From assembly GCF_009914755.1 (NCBI RefSeq), contig NC_060935.1: DNA of 64,000 nt. One strand, 5' to 3'. A program made the position numbers and the translations under genes. Under the pieces are notes generated by a model, which was given only the letters and a program-made list of their open reading frames with translations, was not told the origin of the DNA and did not search any database. Of this stretch, positions 11,901 to 25,850 are shown one piece after another (within the stretch, counting starts at the first letter, position 1; each line of letters starts with the position of its first letter). The DNA is from the human T2T-CHM13v2.0 reference genome, Homo sapiens.

Positions 11901-14900
11901 AAAACTACACAGAATAATTCTGAGAAACTTCTTTATGATGTGTGGATTCATCTCACATATTTTTACCTTTTTGATTGAGCAGTTTTGAAACACTCTTTTT
12001 CTAGAATCTGCAAGTGGATATTGGGAGGGCTTTGAGGCCTATGTTGGAAAAGGAAATATCTTCACATAACAACTAGAGAGAAGCATTCTCAGAAACTTCT
12101 TTGTGATGTGTGCATTCAACTCACAGAGATGAACCTTTCTTTTGATTGAGCCTTTTGGAAACACTCTTTTGGTAGGAACTGCAAAAGGATATTTGGAGTG
12201 CTTTGAGGCCTATCACTGAAAAGAAAATATCTTCATATTAAAACTACACAGAAGCATTCTGAGAAACTTCTTTGTTATTGGTGCATTCACCTCACAGAGT
12301 TGAACCATTCTTTTGATTGAGAAGTTTTGAAACACTCTTTTTGTAGAATCTGCAAGTGTATATTTGGAGCACTTGGAGACCGATGGTGGAAAGGGAAATA
12401 TCTTTACATAAAAACTAGACAGAAGCATTCTCAGAAACTTCTTTGTGATGTGTGCCTTCAACTCTCAGAGTTGAACCTTTCTTTTGATTGAGCAGATTGG
12501 AAACACTTTTTTTGTAGTATCTGCAAATGGATATTTGGAGCTCTTTGAGGCCTATAGCTGAAAAGGAAATATCTTCATATAAAAACTAGATGGAAGCATT
12601 CTCATAAACTTCTTTGTGATGTGTGTATTCATCTGTTGAAAATTTCCTTTTATTGAGCAGTTTGGAAATTCTCTTTTGGTAGTAACTGCAAATGGATATT
12701 TGGAGTGCTTTGAGGCCTATAGCTGAAAAGGAATTATCTTAACATAAAAGCTAGACAAAAGCATTCTGACAAACTTCTTTGTGATGTGTGCATTCATCTT
12801 ACAGATTTGGAGCTTTCTTTTGTTTGAGAAGTTTTGAAACCCTCTTTTTTAGAATCTGCAAGTGGATATTGGGAGCGCTTTCTGGCCTACGGAGGAAAAG
12901 GAAATATCTTCACATAAAAACTAGACAGAAGCATTGTCAGAAACTTCTCTGTGATGAGTGCATTCAACTCACAGATTTGAACCATTCTTTTGATTGGGGA
13001 GTTTGGAGACACTCTTTTTGTAGTAACTGCAAATGTATATTTGGAGCGCCTTGTGGCCCATTGCTGAAAAGGAAGTATCTTCACATGCAAACTAGTCAGT
13101 AGCATTCTGAGAAACTTCTTTGTGATGTGTGCCTTCATCTCAAATAGCTGAATCTTTCTTTTGATTGAGAAGTTTGAAACACTCTTTTTGTAGAATCTTC
13201 AAGTGGATATTTGGAATGGTAAGAGGCCTATGGTGGAAAAGGAAATATGTTCACATAGAAAGTAGACAGAAGCATTCTCAGAAACTTCTTTTTGATGTGT
13301 GCATTCAAGTCTCAGAGTTGAACTTTTCTTTTCATTGAGCAGTGTGGAAACACTCTTAGTGTTGTAACTGCAAATGGATTTTTGGAGGGCTTTGAAGCCT
13401 ATACCTCAAAAGGTAATATCTTCACATAAATGATAGACAAAATCATTCTGAGAAATTTCTTTGTGATGTGTGCATACATCACACAGATTTGAACCTTTCG
13501 TTTGATTGAGCAGTTTTGAAATATTCTTTTTGTACAATCTGCAAGTAGATATTTGGGAGGTTTGAGGCGTATGGTGGAAAAGGAAAAACTTCACATAAAA
13601 ACTAGAGAGAAGCATTCTCAGAAACTTCTGTGTGATGTGTGCATTCAACTCACAGAGTTGATCTTTTCTTTTGATTGAGCAGTTTTGAAACACTCTTTTT
13701 GAAGAATCTGCAAGTGGATATTTGGAGCGCTTTGAGGCCTATAGTGGAAAAGGGAGTATCTTTGCATAAAAACAAGACAGAAGCATTCTCAAAAACTTTT
13801 TTGTCATGTGTGCATTCAACTCACAGAGTTGAAACTTTCTTTTGATTGAGCAGTTTTGAAACACTCTTTTTGCAGAATCTGCAAGTGGATTCTTGGAGCG
13901 CTTTGAGGCCTATGGTGGCAAAGGAAATATCTTCACATAAAAACTAGACAGAAGCATTCTGAGAAACTTCTTTGTGATGTGTGCATTCATCTCACAGAGT
14001 TGAAACTTTCTTTTATTTGAGCAGTTTTGAAACCCTCTTTTTGTAGAATCTGCAACTGGATATGTGGAGTGCTTTGAGACCTATAGCTGAAAATTAAATA
14101 TCTTCACATAAAAACTAGACAGAAGCATTGTCAGAAACTTCTTTGTGATGTGTGCATTCAACACTCAGAGTTGTACTTTTCTTTTGATTGCACAGTATGG
14201 AAACACTCTTCTTGAAATAACTGCAAAAGGATATTTGGAACACTTTGAAGCCTGTAGTTGAAAAGGAAATATCTTCACATAAAAACTAGACAGAAGCATT
14301 CAGAGAAACTTCTTTGTGATGTGTGCATTCAACTCACAAAATTGAACCTTTCTTTTGATTGAGCAGTTTGGAAACACTCTTTTAATAGAATCTGCAAGTG
14401 GATATTTGGAGCGCTATGAGGCCTAAGGTGTGAAATGAAATATCTTCACACAAATACTAGATAGAAGCATTCTGAGAAACTTCTTTTTGATGTGCACATT
14501 CATCTCACAGAGGTGAAACTTTCTTTTGATTGAGGAGTTTTGAAACACTCTTTTTGTAGAATCTGCAAGTGGATATTTTGAGCGCTTTGAGGCCTATGTT
14601 GGAAAAGGATATATCTTCACATAAAAACTAGACAGAAGCACTCTCTGAAACTTCTTTGTGTTGTGTGCATTCAACAGTCAGAGTTGAGCTTTTCTTTTGA
14701 TTGAGCAGTTTGGAAACACTCTTTTTGTAGTAATTGCCAGTGGATATTTGGAGAGCTTTGAAACCTGTAGCTGAAAAGGAAATATCTTCAGGTAAGAACT
14801 AGACAGAAGCATTCTGAGAAACATCTTTGTGATGTGCACATTCATCTCACAGATTGAACTTTTTTTTGATGGAACAGTTTGGAAACACACTTTTTGTAGA

Positions 14901-16635
14901 ATCTGCAAGTGGAGATTTGGAGAGCTTTGAGGCCTATGATGGAAAAGGAAATATCTTCACACAGAAACAAGACAGAAGCATTCTCAGAAACGTTTCTGTG
15001 ATGTGTGCATTCACCTCTCATAGTTGAACTTTTGTTTTGATTGAGCAGTTTGAAAACACTCTTTTTGTAGTAACTGCAAATGGATATTTGGAGCGCTTTG
15101 AGGCCTATAGCTGAAAAGGAAATGTCTTCACATAAAAACTACGCAGAAACATTCTGAGAAACTTCTTTTTGATGTATGGAATCATGTCACAGATTTAAAC
15201 CTTTCTTCTGATTGAGCAGCTTTGAAAAACTCTTTTGTAGAATCTGCAAGTGGATACTTGGAGTGCATTAACGCCTATGGTGGAAAAGGAAATATCTTCA
15301 CATAAAAACTAGGCAGAAGCATTCTCAGAAACTACTGTGTGATGTGTGCATACAACCCTCAGATTTGTACCTTTCTTTTGATTGAGCAGTTTGAAAACAA
15401 TCTTTTTTTTAATAACTGCAAAGGATATTTGGATCGCTTTGAGGCCTATAGCTGAAAAGGGAATATCTTCACATAAAAACTGGACAGAAGCATTCTGAGA
15501 AACTGCTTTGGGACGTGTGCATTCATCTCACGAAGTTGAAACTTTCTTTTGATTGAGCAGTTTGGAAACACTCTTTTTGTGGATTCTGCATGTGGATATT
15601 TCCAGCGCTTTGAGTCCTATGGTGGAAAAGGAAATGTCTTCACATAAAAGCTAGACAGAAGAATTCTGAGAAACTTCTTTGTGATGTGTGCATTCGTCTC
15701 TCAGAGTTGGACCTTTCTTTTGATTGAACAGTTTTGAAACACTCTTTTTGTAGAATCTGCAAGTGGATATTTGGAGTGCTTTGAGGTCTATGGTGGAAAA
15801 AGAAATATCTTCCCATAGAAACTAGACAGAAGCATTCTTAGAAACTTCTTTGTGATGAGTGCATTCAACTCACGGAATTGAAACTTTCTTTTGATTGAAC
15901 AGTTTGGAAACACTCCTTTTGTAGTAAATGCAAATGGATATTGGGAGTGCTTTGAGACTAATAGCTGAGAGAAAATATCTTCATATAATAACTAGACAGA
16001 AGCATTCTGAGAAACTTCTTTGTGATGTGTGCATTCATCTCACAGAGTTGAACCTTTATTTTGATTGACAAGTTTTGAAACACTCTTTTTGTAGAATCTG
16101 CAAGTGGATATTTGGAGTGCTTTGAGGACTATGGTGGAAAAGGAAATATCTTCACATAAAAACTAGACAGAAGTATTGTCAGAAAACTCTTTGCATGTGC
16201 GCATTCGTCTCAAAGTGTTGAAACTTTCTTTTGATTGAGCTGTTTTGAAACACTCTTTTTGTAGAATTTGCAAGTGTATATTTGGAGTGCTTTGAGGCCT
16301 GTGGTGGAAAAGGAAATATCTTCACATTGAAAGTAGACAGAAGCATTCTCAGAAACTACTTTGTGATGTGTCCATACAACTCTCAGAGTTGAACCTTACT
16401 TTTGATTGAGCAGTTTTGAAATACCTTTTTGTAGTAATTGCAAATGCATATTTGGAGGACCTGGAGGCCTATAGGTGAAAAGGAAATACCTTCACATAAA
16501 TACTAGACAGAAGCATTCTGAGAAACTTCCTTGTAATGTGTGGATTCATCTCACAGTGTTGCACCTTTCTTTTGATTGCGCAGTTTTGAAACACTCTTTT
16601 TGTATAGTATGCAAGTGGATATTTGGAGTGCTTTG

Positions 16636-17311
16636 AGGCCTATGGTGGAAAAGGAAATATCTTCACATAAAAACTAGACAAAATCATTGTCAGAAACTTC
16701 TTTGTGATGTGTGTATTCAGCTCTCAGTCTTGAACCTTTCTTTTATTGAGCAGTTTGGAAACAATCTTTTTGTAATAACAGCAAATGTATATTTAGAGCA
16801 TTTTGAGGCCTATAGCTGAAAAGGAAATATCTTCATAAAAACTACACAGGAGAATTCTGACAAACTTCTTTGTGATGTGTGCATTCATCTCACAGAGTTG
16901 AACCTTTCTTTTCAATGAGAAGTTTTGACACACTCTTGTTGTAGAATCTGCAATGGATATTTGGAGCGCTTTGCGGCCTATGGTGGAAAAGGAAATATCT
17001 TCACATAAAAACTAGACAAAATCATTGTCAGAAACTTCTTTGTGATGTGTGCATTTAGCTCTCAGTCTTGAACCTTTCTTTTTATTGAGCAGTTTGGAAA
17101 CAATCTTTTTGTAATAACAGCAAATGTATATTTAGAGCATTTTGAGGCCTATAGCTGAAAAGGAAATATCTTCATAAAAACTACACAGGAGAATTCTGAC
17201 AAACTTCTTTGTGATGTGTGCATTCATCTCACAGAGTTGAACCTTTCTTTTCAATGAGAAGTTTTGACACACTCTTGTTGTAGAATCTGCAATGGATATT
17301 TGGAGCGCTTT
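16636..17311 (+). repeat. Recent tandem duplication of a 338-bp alpha dimer
   Basis: Rare variants (GACAAAATCATTGTC, AATAACAGCAAATGTAT, CACAGGAGAATTCTGAC, TTCAATGAGAAG) repeat at offset 338 with only about 3 differences by eye. Confidence 0.93.
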
Positions 17312-20300
17312 GAGGCCTATGGTGGAAAGGGAAATATCTTCAAAGAAAAACTAGACAGAAGCATTCTCAGAAACTTCTTTGTGATGTGTGCATTCAACTC
17401 ACAGAATTGAACCTTTCTTTTGATTGAGCTGTTTGGAAACACTCTTTTTATAGTAACTGCAAATGGATATTTGGAGCACTTTAAATCCTATAGCTGAAAA
17501 GGAAATATCTTCACATAAAAACTAGACAGAAGCATTCTCAGAAACTTCCTTGTGATGTGTGCATTCAAATCTCGGAGTGGAACCATTCTTTTGGTTGAGC
17601 AGTTTGGAAACACTCTTTTTGTAGTAAATGCAAATGGATATTTGGAGTGCTTTGAGGCCTATAGCTGAAAAGCAAATGTCTTCACATAAAAACTACACAG
17701 AAACATTCTGAGAAACTTCTTTTTGGTGTGTGGAATCATGTCACAGATTTGAACCTTTCTTTTGATTGAGCAGCTTTGAAAAACTCTTTTTGAAGAATCT
17801 GCAAGTGGATGCTTGGAGTGCATTAAGGCCTATGGTGGAAAAGGAAATATCTTCACATAAAAACTAGGCAGAAGCATTCTCAGAAACTACTTTGTGATGT
17901 GTGCTTATAACCCTCAGATTTGTGACTTTCTTTTGATTGAGCAGTTTGAAAACAATCTTTTTGTAATAACTACAAAAGGATATTTGGATCGCTTTGAGGC
18001 TTATAGCTGAAAAGGAAATAACTTCACATTAAAAACTGGACAGAATCATTCTGAGAAACTGCTTTTTGACGTGTGCCTTCAACTCACAGAGTTGAACCTT
18101 TCTTTTCAATGAGAAGTTTTAAAACACTCTTGATGTAGAATCTGCAATGGATATTTGGAGTGCTTTGAGGCCTATGGTGGAAAGGGAATTATCTTCAAAG
18201 AAAAACTAGACAGAAGCATTCTCAGAAACTTCTTTGTGATGTGTGCATTCAACTCACAGAATTGAAACTTTCCTTTGATAGAGCAGTTTGGAAACACTCT
18301 TTTTATATTAACTGCAAATGGATATTTGGAGTGCTTTGAATCCTATAGCTGAAAAGGAAATATCTTCACATAAAAGCTAGACTGAAGCATTCTCAGAAAC
18401 TTCTTTGTAATGTGTGCATTCAAATCTTGGAGTGGAACCATTCTTTTGATTGAGCAGTTTGGAAACACTCTTTTTGTAGTAACTGCAATTGGATATATGC
18501 AGTGCATTGAGACCTATATCTGAAAAGGAAATATCTTCATATAAAAACTACACAGAAGTATTCTGAGAAACTCTGTTATGTGTGTATTCATCTCACAGAG
18601 ATAAACAATTGTTTTGATTGAGAAGTTTTGAAACAATCTTTTTGTAGAATCTTCAATTGTTTACTTGGTGCACTTTGAGGCCTGTGGTGGAAAAGGAAAT
18701 ATCTTCACATAGAAACTAGAAAGAAGTATTCTCAGAAACGTCTTTGTGATGTGTGCATTCATCTCTCATTGTTGAACTGTTCTTTTGATTGAACAGTTTG
18801 GAAACATTCTTTTGTAGTAACTGCAAATGGATATTTGGGGCGCTTTGTGACCAATAGCTGAAAAGGAAATATCTTCACATAAAAACTAGACAGAAGCATT
18901 CTGAGAAACTTCTTTGTGATGTGTGCATTCAACTCACAGAGTTGAACCCTTCTTTTAACAGAGAAGTTTTGAAACACTCTTTTTGTAGGATCTGCAAGTT
19001 GATATTTGGAGCGCTTTGAGGCCTATGGTGGAAAAGGAAATATCTTCACATAAAAACTAGACAAAAGCATTCTTAGAAGCCTCTTTGTGATGTGTGCATT
19101 CAACTCACAGAGTTGAACATTTCTTTTGAGTGAGCATTTTGGAAACACTCTTTCTGTAGAATCTGCAAGTGGATATTTGGAGTGCTTTGATGCCTACTGT
19201 GGAAAAGGAAATATCTTCACATAAAAATTAGACAGAAGCATTCTGAGAAACTACTTTGTGATGTGCGCATTCATCTCATACATTTGAGCCTTTCTATTGA
19301 TTGAGCAGTTTTGAAACACTCGTTTTGTAGAACCTGCAAGAAGAGATTTTTAGTGCTTTGAGGCCTATGGTAGAAAAGAAAATATCTTCACATAGAAACT
19401 AGAGAAAAGCATTCTCAGAATTTTATTTTTTATGTGTGCATTCAACTCTCATAGTTGAACCGTTCTTTTGATTGAGCAGCTTGGAAACACTACTTTTCTA
19501 GAAACTGCAAATGGATATTTAGGGTGCTTTGAGGACTGTAGCTGAAAAGGAAATCGCTCATATAAAAACTAGACAGGAGAGTTCTGAGAAACTTCTTTGT
19601 GATGTGTGGATTCATCTCACAAATTTGAACCTTTCTTTTGATTGAACAGCTTTGAAACATTGTGTTTGTAGAATCTGCAAGTGGATATTTGGAGTGCTTT
19701 GATTCGTATTGTTGGAAAGGAAATATCTTCACATAAAAACTAGATGGAAGCATTCTTAGAAACATCTTTATGATGTGTGCATTCAACTCTCAGAATTGAA
19801 CCTTTCCTTTGATTGAACAGTTTGGAAACATTCTATTTGTAGTAACTGCAAATGGATATTTGTTGGGCTTTGAGGTCTATAGCTGAAAAGGAAATATCTT
19901 TACATAAAAAATAGAAGCTTTCAGAGAAACTACTTTGTAATGTGTGTCTTCATCTCAGAGAGTTGAACATTACTTTGGATTAAACAGTTTTGAAACACTC
20001 TTTGTAGAATCTGCAAGTGGATGTTTGAAAGGCTTTGAGGCCTATGGTGGAAAAGGAAATATTTTCACATAAAAACTAGACAGAAGCATTCGTAGAAACT
20101 TCTTTGTGATGTGTGCATTCAACTCTCAGAGTTGAACTTTTATTTTCATCGAGCAGTTTGGAAACACTGTTTTTGTAGCAACTGCAAGTGGATATTTGTA
20201 GCGCTCTGAGGCCCAAAGTTGTAAAGGAAACATCTTCACATAAAAACTAGACAGAATCTTTCTGAGAAACTTCTTTGTGATGTGTGGATTCATATCACAA

Positions 20301-20399
20301 GGTTGAAACTTTCTCTTGATTGAGAAGTTTTGAAACAATCTTTTTGTGGAATCTGCAAGTGGATATTTGGAGCGCTTTGAGGCCTACCATGGAAAAGAA

Positions 20400-23300
20400 A
20401 ATATCTTCACATAAAAAGTAGACAGAAGCATTCTCAGAGACTTCTTTGTGATGTGTGCTTTCAATTCACAGAGTTGAACCTCCCTTTTGATAGAGGAGTT
20501 TTGAAACACTCTTTCTGTAGGATGCAAGTGGATATTTGGAACGCTTTGAGGCCTATGGTGGAAAAGGAAATAACTTCACATAAAAACTAGACAGAAGAAT
20601 TCCTAGAAACTTCTTTGTGATGTGTGCATTCAACATACAGAGTTGAACCTTTTTTATGATAGAGCAGTTTTGAAACACTGTTTTTGTAGAATCTGCAAGG
20701 GGATATTTGGAGTGCTTTGAGGCCTGTGGTGGAAAAGGAAATATCTTCACATAAAAACTACACAGAAGCATTCTCAGAAACTTCTTTGGATGGGTGCATT
20801 CAACTCACAGAGTTGAAACTACGTTTTGATAGAGCAGCTTTCAAACACTTTTTTTGTGGAATCTGCAAGTGGATATTTGAAATGTTTTGAGGCCTATGGT
20901 GGAAAAGGAAGTATCTTCACATAAAAACTACACAGAAACATTCTCAGAAAATTATTTGTGATACGTGCATTCAATTCACAGAGTTGAACATTTCTTTTGA
21001 TAGAGGAGTTTTGAAACACTCTTTTTGTAAAATCTGCAAGTGGATATCTAGAGTGCTTTGAGGCCTACGGTGTAAAAAGAAATTTCTTCACATAAAAACT
21101 AGACAGAAGCATTCTCAGAAACAACTTTGTGATGTGTGCATTCAACTCAAAGAGTTGAACCTTCCTTTTGATAGAGAAGTTTTGAAACACCGTTTTTGGA
21201 GAATCTGCAAGTGGTTATTTGGAATGCTTTGAGACCTGTGGTGGAAAAGGAAATATCTTCAAATAAAAACTAGACTGAAGCATTCTTAGAGATATTTTGA
21301 GTGCTTTGAGGCCTATGGTGGAAAAGGAATTATCTTCACATAAAAACTAGATGGAAGCATTCTCAGAAACTACTTTGTGATGTCTGCATTCAACTCACAG
21401 AGTGGAACCTTCCTTTTGATAGAGCAGTTTTGAAATACTATTTTTGGAGAATGTGCAGGTGGGTATTTGGAGCGCTTTGAGGCCTATGGTGAAAAACGAG
21501 ATATCTTCACATCAAAACTAGACAGAAGCATTCTCAGAGACTACTTTGTGATGGGTGCATTAAACTCACAGAGTTGACCCTTTCTTTTGAGAGAGCAGTT
21601 TTGAAACACTCCTTTTGTAGAATCTGCAAGTGGATATTTGGAGCGCTTTGATGCCTATGGTGGAAAAGGAAATATCTTCACAAAAAAACTAGACAGAAGC
21701 ATTCTCAGAGATATTTGGACCGCTTTGAGGCCTACGGTGGAAAAGGAAATATCTTCACTCATAAACTTGACAGAAGCATTGCCAGAAACATGTTTTGGAT
21801 GTGTGCATTCAACTCTCAGAGTTGAACTTTCTTTTGATAGGGCAGTTTAGAAACACTCTTTTTGTAGAATCTGCAAGTGGATATTTGGAATGCTTTTAGT
21901 CCTATGCTGGAAAAGGATATATCTTCACATAAAAACTAGAGAGAAGCATTCTCAGAAACTTCCTTGTGATGTGTCCATTCAACTCACAGAGTTGAATCTT
22001 TGTTTTGATACAGCAGCTTTGAAACTCTCTTTCTGTGGAATCTGCAAGCGGATATTTGGAGGGCTTTGAGGCCTAGGGTGGAAAAGGAAATATCTTCACA
22101 GAAAAACTAGACAGAAGCATTCTCAGAGATATTTGGAGCACTTTCAGACCAATGATGGAAAGGAAATATCTTCACATATAAACTAGACAGAAGCATTCTC
22201 AGAAACATCTTTGAAATGTGTGATTTCAACTCACAGGGTTGAACCTTCCTTTTGATAGAGCAGTTTTGAAACACTCATTTTGTAGAATCCACAAGTGGAT
22301 ATTTGGAAGGCTTTGAGGCCCACGGTGGGAAAGGAAATATCTTCAGATGAAAACTAGACAGAAGCACTCTCATAAACTTCTTTGTGATATGTGCATTGAA
22401 CTCTCAGAGTTGAACATTCCTTATGATATCGCAGTTTTGAAACACTATTTTTGTAGAATCTGCAACTGGATATTTGGAGAGCTTTAAGGGCTATGATAGA
22501 AAAGGAAATATCTTCACCGAAAAACTAGACAGAAGCATTCTCAGAAACTTCTTTGTTATGTGTGCATTCAACTCAGAGGGTTGAGCCTTCCTTTTGATAG
22601 AGCAGTTTTGAAACACTCTTTTTGTAGAATCTGCAAGTGGATATTTGGAAACTTTGAGTCCTGTGGTGGAATAGGGTATATCTTCACATAAAAACAAGAC
22701 AGAAGCATTCTCAGACACTTTCTTGTGATGTGTCCATTCAACTCACAGAGTTGAACCTTTCTTTTGACAGAGCAGTTTTGAAACACACTTTTTGTAGCAT
22801 CTGCAAGTGGATAATTGGAGCGCTTTGAGGCCAACGGTGGAAAAGGAAATATCTTCACAGAAAAATTAGACAGAAGCATTCTCAGAGATATTTGGAGAGC
22901 TTTGAGGCCTACGGTGGAAAAGAAATATCTTCACACATAAACTTGACAGAAGCATTGTCAGAAACTCCTTTTGGGTGTGTGGATTCAACTCACACAGTTG
23001 AACCTTTCTTTTGATAGAGCAGTTTTGAAACACCCTTTTTGTAGAATTAGCAAGTGCATATTGGGAGGAATTTGAGGGCTACGGTGGAAAAGGAAATATC
23101 TTCACATAAGAACTAGACAGAAGCATTCTCAGAGATATTTGGAGCACTTTGAGGCCTACGGTGGAAAAGGAAATATGTTCACATAGAAACTACACAGTAG
23201 CAATCTCAGAAACATCTTGTAATGGTTGCAATCAACTCACACGTTTGAACCTTCCTTTTGATAGAGCAGTTTTGAAACACTCTTTTTGTAAAATGTGCAA

Positions 23301-25850
23301 GTGGATATTTGGAACGCTTTGAGACCTATGGTGGAAAAGGAAATATCTTCACATAAAAACTAGACAGAATCATTCTTAGAAACTACTATGTGATGTGTGC
23401 TTTCAACTGACAGAGTTGAACCTTCTTTTTGACAGAGCAGTTTTGAAACACTCTTTTAGTAGAATCTGAAAGGGGATGTTTGGAATGCTTTGTGGCCTAT
23501 GGTGGAAAAGGAAACATCTCCACATAAAAACTAGACAGAAGCATTATCAGAAACTTCTTTGTGATGTGTGCATTCAACTCACAGAGTTCACATTCCTTTT
23601 GATAGAGCAGTTTTTATACACTCCTTTTGCAGAATGTGTAAGTAGATATTTGGAACAATTTGAGACCTACGGTGGAAAAGGAAATATGTTCTCATAAAAA
23701 CTAGACAGAAGCATTCTCAGAAACTACTTTATGATGTGTACGTTCAACTCACAGAGTTGAACCTTTCTATTGTTAGATCAGTTTTGAAACACCCTTTATG
23801 TAGAATCTGCAAGTGGATATTTGGAGCGCTTTGAGGCTTATGGTGGAAAAGGAAATATCTTCACATAAAAACTAGACAGAAGCATTCTCAGAGATATGTG
23901 AAGCGTTTTGAGGCCTACGGTGGAAAAGGGAATATCTTCACATAGAAACTAGACAGAAGCAATATAACAAACTTCTTTGTGATGTGTGCAATCAACTCAC
24001 AGGTTTGAACATTCCTCTTGACAGAGCAGTTTTGAAACACTCTCTTTGCAGAATGTGCAACTGGATATTTGGAATGCTTTGAGGCCTACGATGGAAAAGG
24101 AAATATCTTCACAGAAAAACTGGACAGATGCATTCTCAGAAACTTCTTTGCGATTTGTGCATTAAACTCACAGAGTTGAACCCTTGCTTTGGCAGAGCAG
24201 TTTTGAAACCCTCTTTTTGTAGTATCTGCAAGTGGATATTTGGAGGGCTTTGAGGACTAGAGTGGAAAAGTAAATATCTTCACATAAAGACTAGACAGAA
24301 GCATTCTCAGAAACTTCTTTGTGATGTGTGCATTTAACTCATAGATTTGAACCTTCCTTTTGATAGAACAGTTTTGAAACACTCTTGTTGTAGTATCTGC
24401 AATTCCTTCTTGGAGCACTTTGAGACCTATCCTGGAAAAAGAAATATCTTCACATAAAAGCTAGACAGAAGCTTTCTCAGAAACTTCTTTGTCATGTGTG
24501 CATTCAACCCACAGAGTTGACCTTGTCTTTCGTTAGGACAGTTTTGAAGCACTCTTTTTGTAGGATCTGCAAATGGATATTTGGAGCACTTTGACGCCTA
24601 CTGTGGAAAAGGAAATATCTTCACATAAAACCGAGAGAGAGGCATTCTCAGAAACTTCTTGGAGATGTGTGCATTCAACTCAGAGAGCTGAAAGTTCCTT
24701 TTGATAGATCAGTTTGGAAACACTCTTTTTGTACAATCTGCAAGTGGATATTTGGAGCGCATTTAGACCTATGTTGGAAAAGGAAACATCTTCACATAAA
24801 AACTAGACAGAAGCATTCTCAGAAACTTCTTCTTTGTGATGTGTGCATTCAACTCACACAGTTGAACCTTCCTTTTTATAGAGTAGTTTTGAAACACTCT
24901 TTTAGTAGAATCTGCAAGGGGATATTTGGAGGGCTTTGGGTCCTATGGTAGAAAAGGAAATATCTTCACATGAAAACTGCACAGAAGTATTCTCAGAAAC
25001 TTCTTTGTGATGTGTGCAATCAACTCACAGAGTTGAACCTTCTTTTTGATAGAGCAGTTTTGAAACACTCTTGTGCTAGAATCTGCAATTCCTTCTTGGA
25101 GAGTTTCGAGGCCTAGCGTGGAAAAAGATATATCTTCACATAAGAACTAGACAGAAGTCTTCTCAGAAACTTCTTTGTGATGTGTGCATTAAAATCACAG
25201 ATTTGAACCTTCCTTCAGATAGAGACGTTTTGAAACACTCCTTTTGTAGGATCTGCAAGTGGTTATTGGGAGCAGTTTGAGGCCTACGGTGGAAAAGTAA
25301 ATATCTTCAAATAAAAACTAGACAGAAAAATTCTGAGAAACTTCTTTGTGATGTGCACATTCAAATCACAGAGTTGAGCCTTTCTTTTGATAGAGCAGTT
25401 TTGAAACACTCTTTTTGTAGAATCAGCAAGTGGATATTTGTAGAGCTTTGAGGCCTATGGTGGAAAAGGACATATCTTCACATAAAAACTAGCAGAAGCA
25501 TTCTCAGAAACCTCTTTGTGATGTGCGCATTCAAATCACAGAGTTGAACCTTTCTTTTGTTTGAATGGTTTTGAAGCACTTTTTTGGAGAATCTGCAAGT
25601 GGATATTTGGAGTGCTTTGATGCCTACTGTGGAAAAGGAAATACCTTCACATAAAAAAGAGACAGAGCCATTCTCAGAAACATCTTGGAGATGTGTGAAT
25701 TCAACTCACAGAGTTGAACTTTCCTTTTGATAGATCAGATTTGAAACACTTTTTTTGTAAAATCTGCAAGTCGATATTTGGAGCGCTCTGAGGCCTAGGG
25801 TGAAAAAAGAAATATCTTCACATAAAAACTAGGCAGAAGCATTCTCAGAA
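20400..25850 (+). repeat. A-type alpha monomers (SF4/Ga-like layer), segment 2, containing six 77-bp deletion monomers
   Basis: Return to GATAGAGCAG and GGTGGAAAAGG. TCTCAGA|GATATTTGG-type junctions at 21282, 21701, 22119, 22878, 23125 and 23884. Confidence 0.6.

Larger units (their letters stand above)
2290..20400 (+). repeat. Distinct A-type alpha layer with two alternating monomer types (possibly SF6/Ha-like), interrupted at ~5200-6300
   Basis: GATTGAG replaces GATAGAG. Monomers with GTAGTAACTGCAAATGG...CTATAGCTGAAAAGG alternate with monomers carrying CATTCTGAG/CATCTCAC...GTAGAATCTGCAAGTGG...CTATGGTGGAAAAGG. The family name is tentative. Confidence 0.6.
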
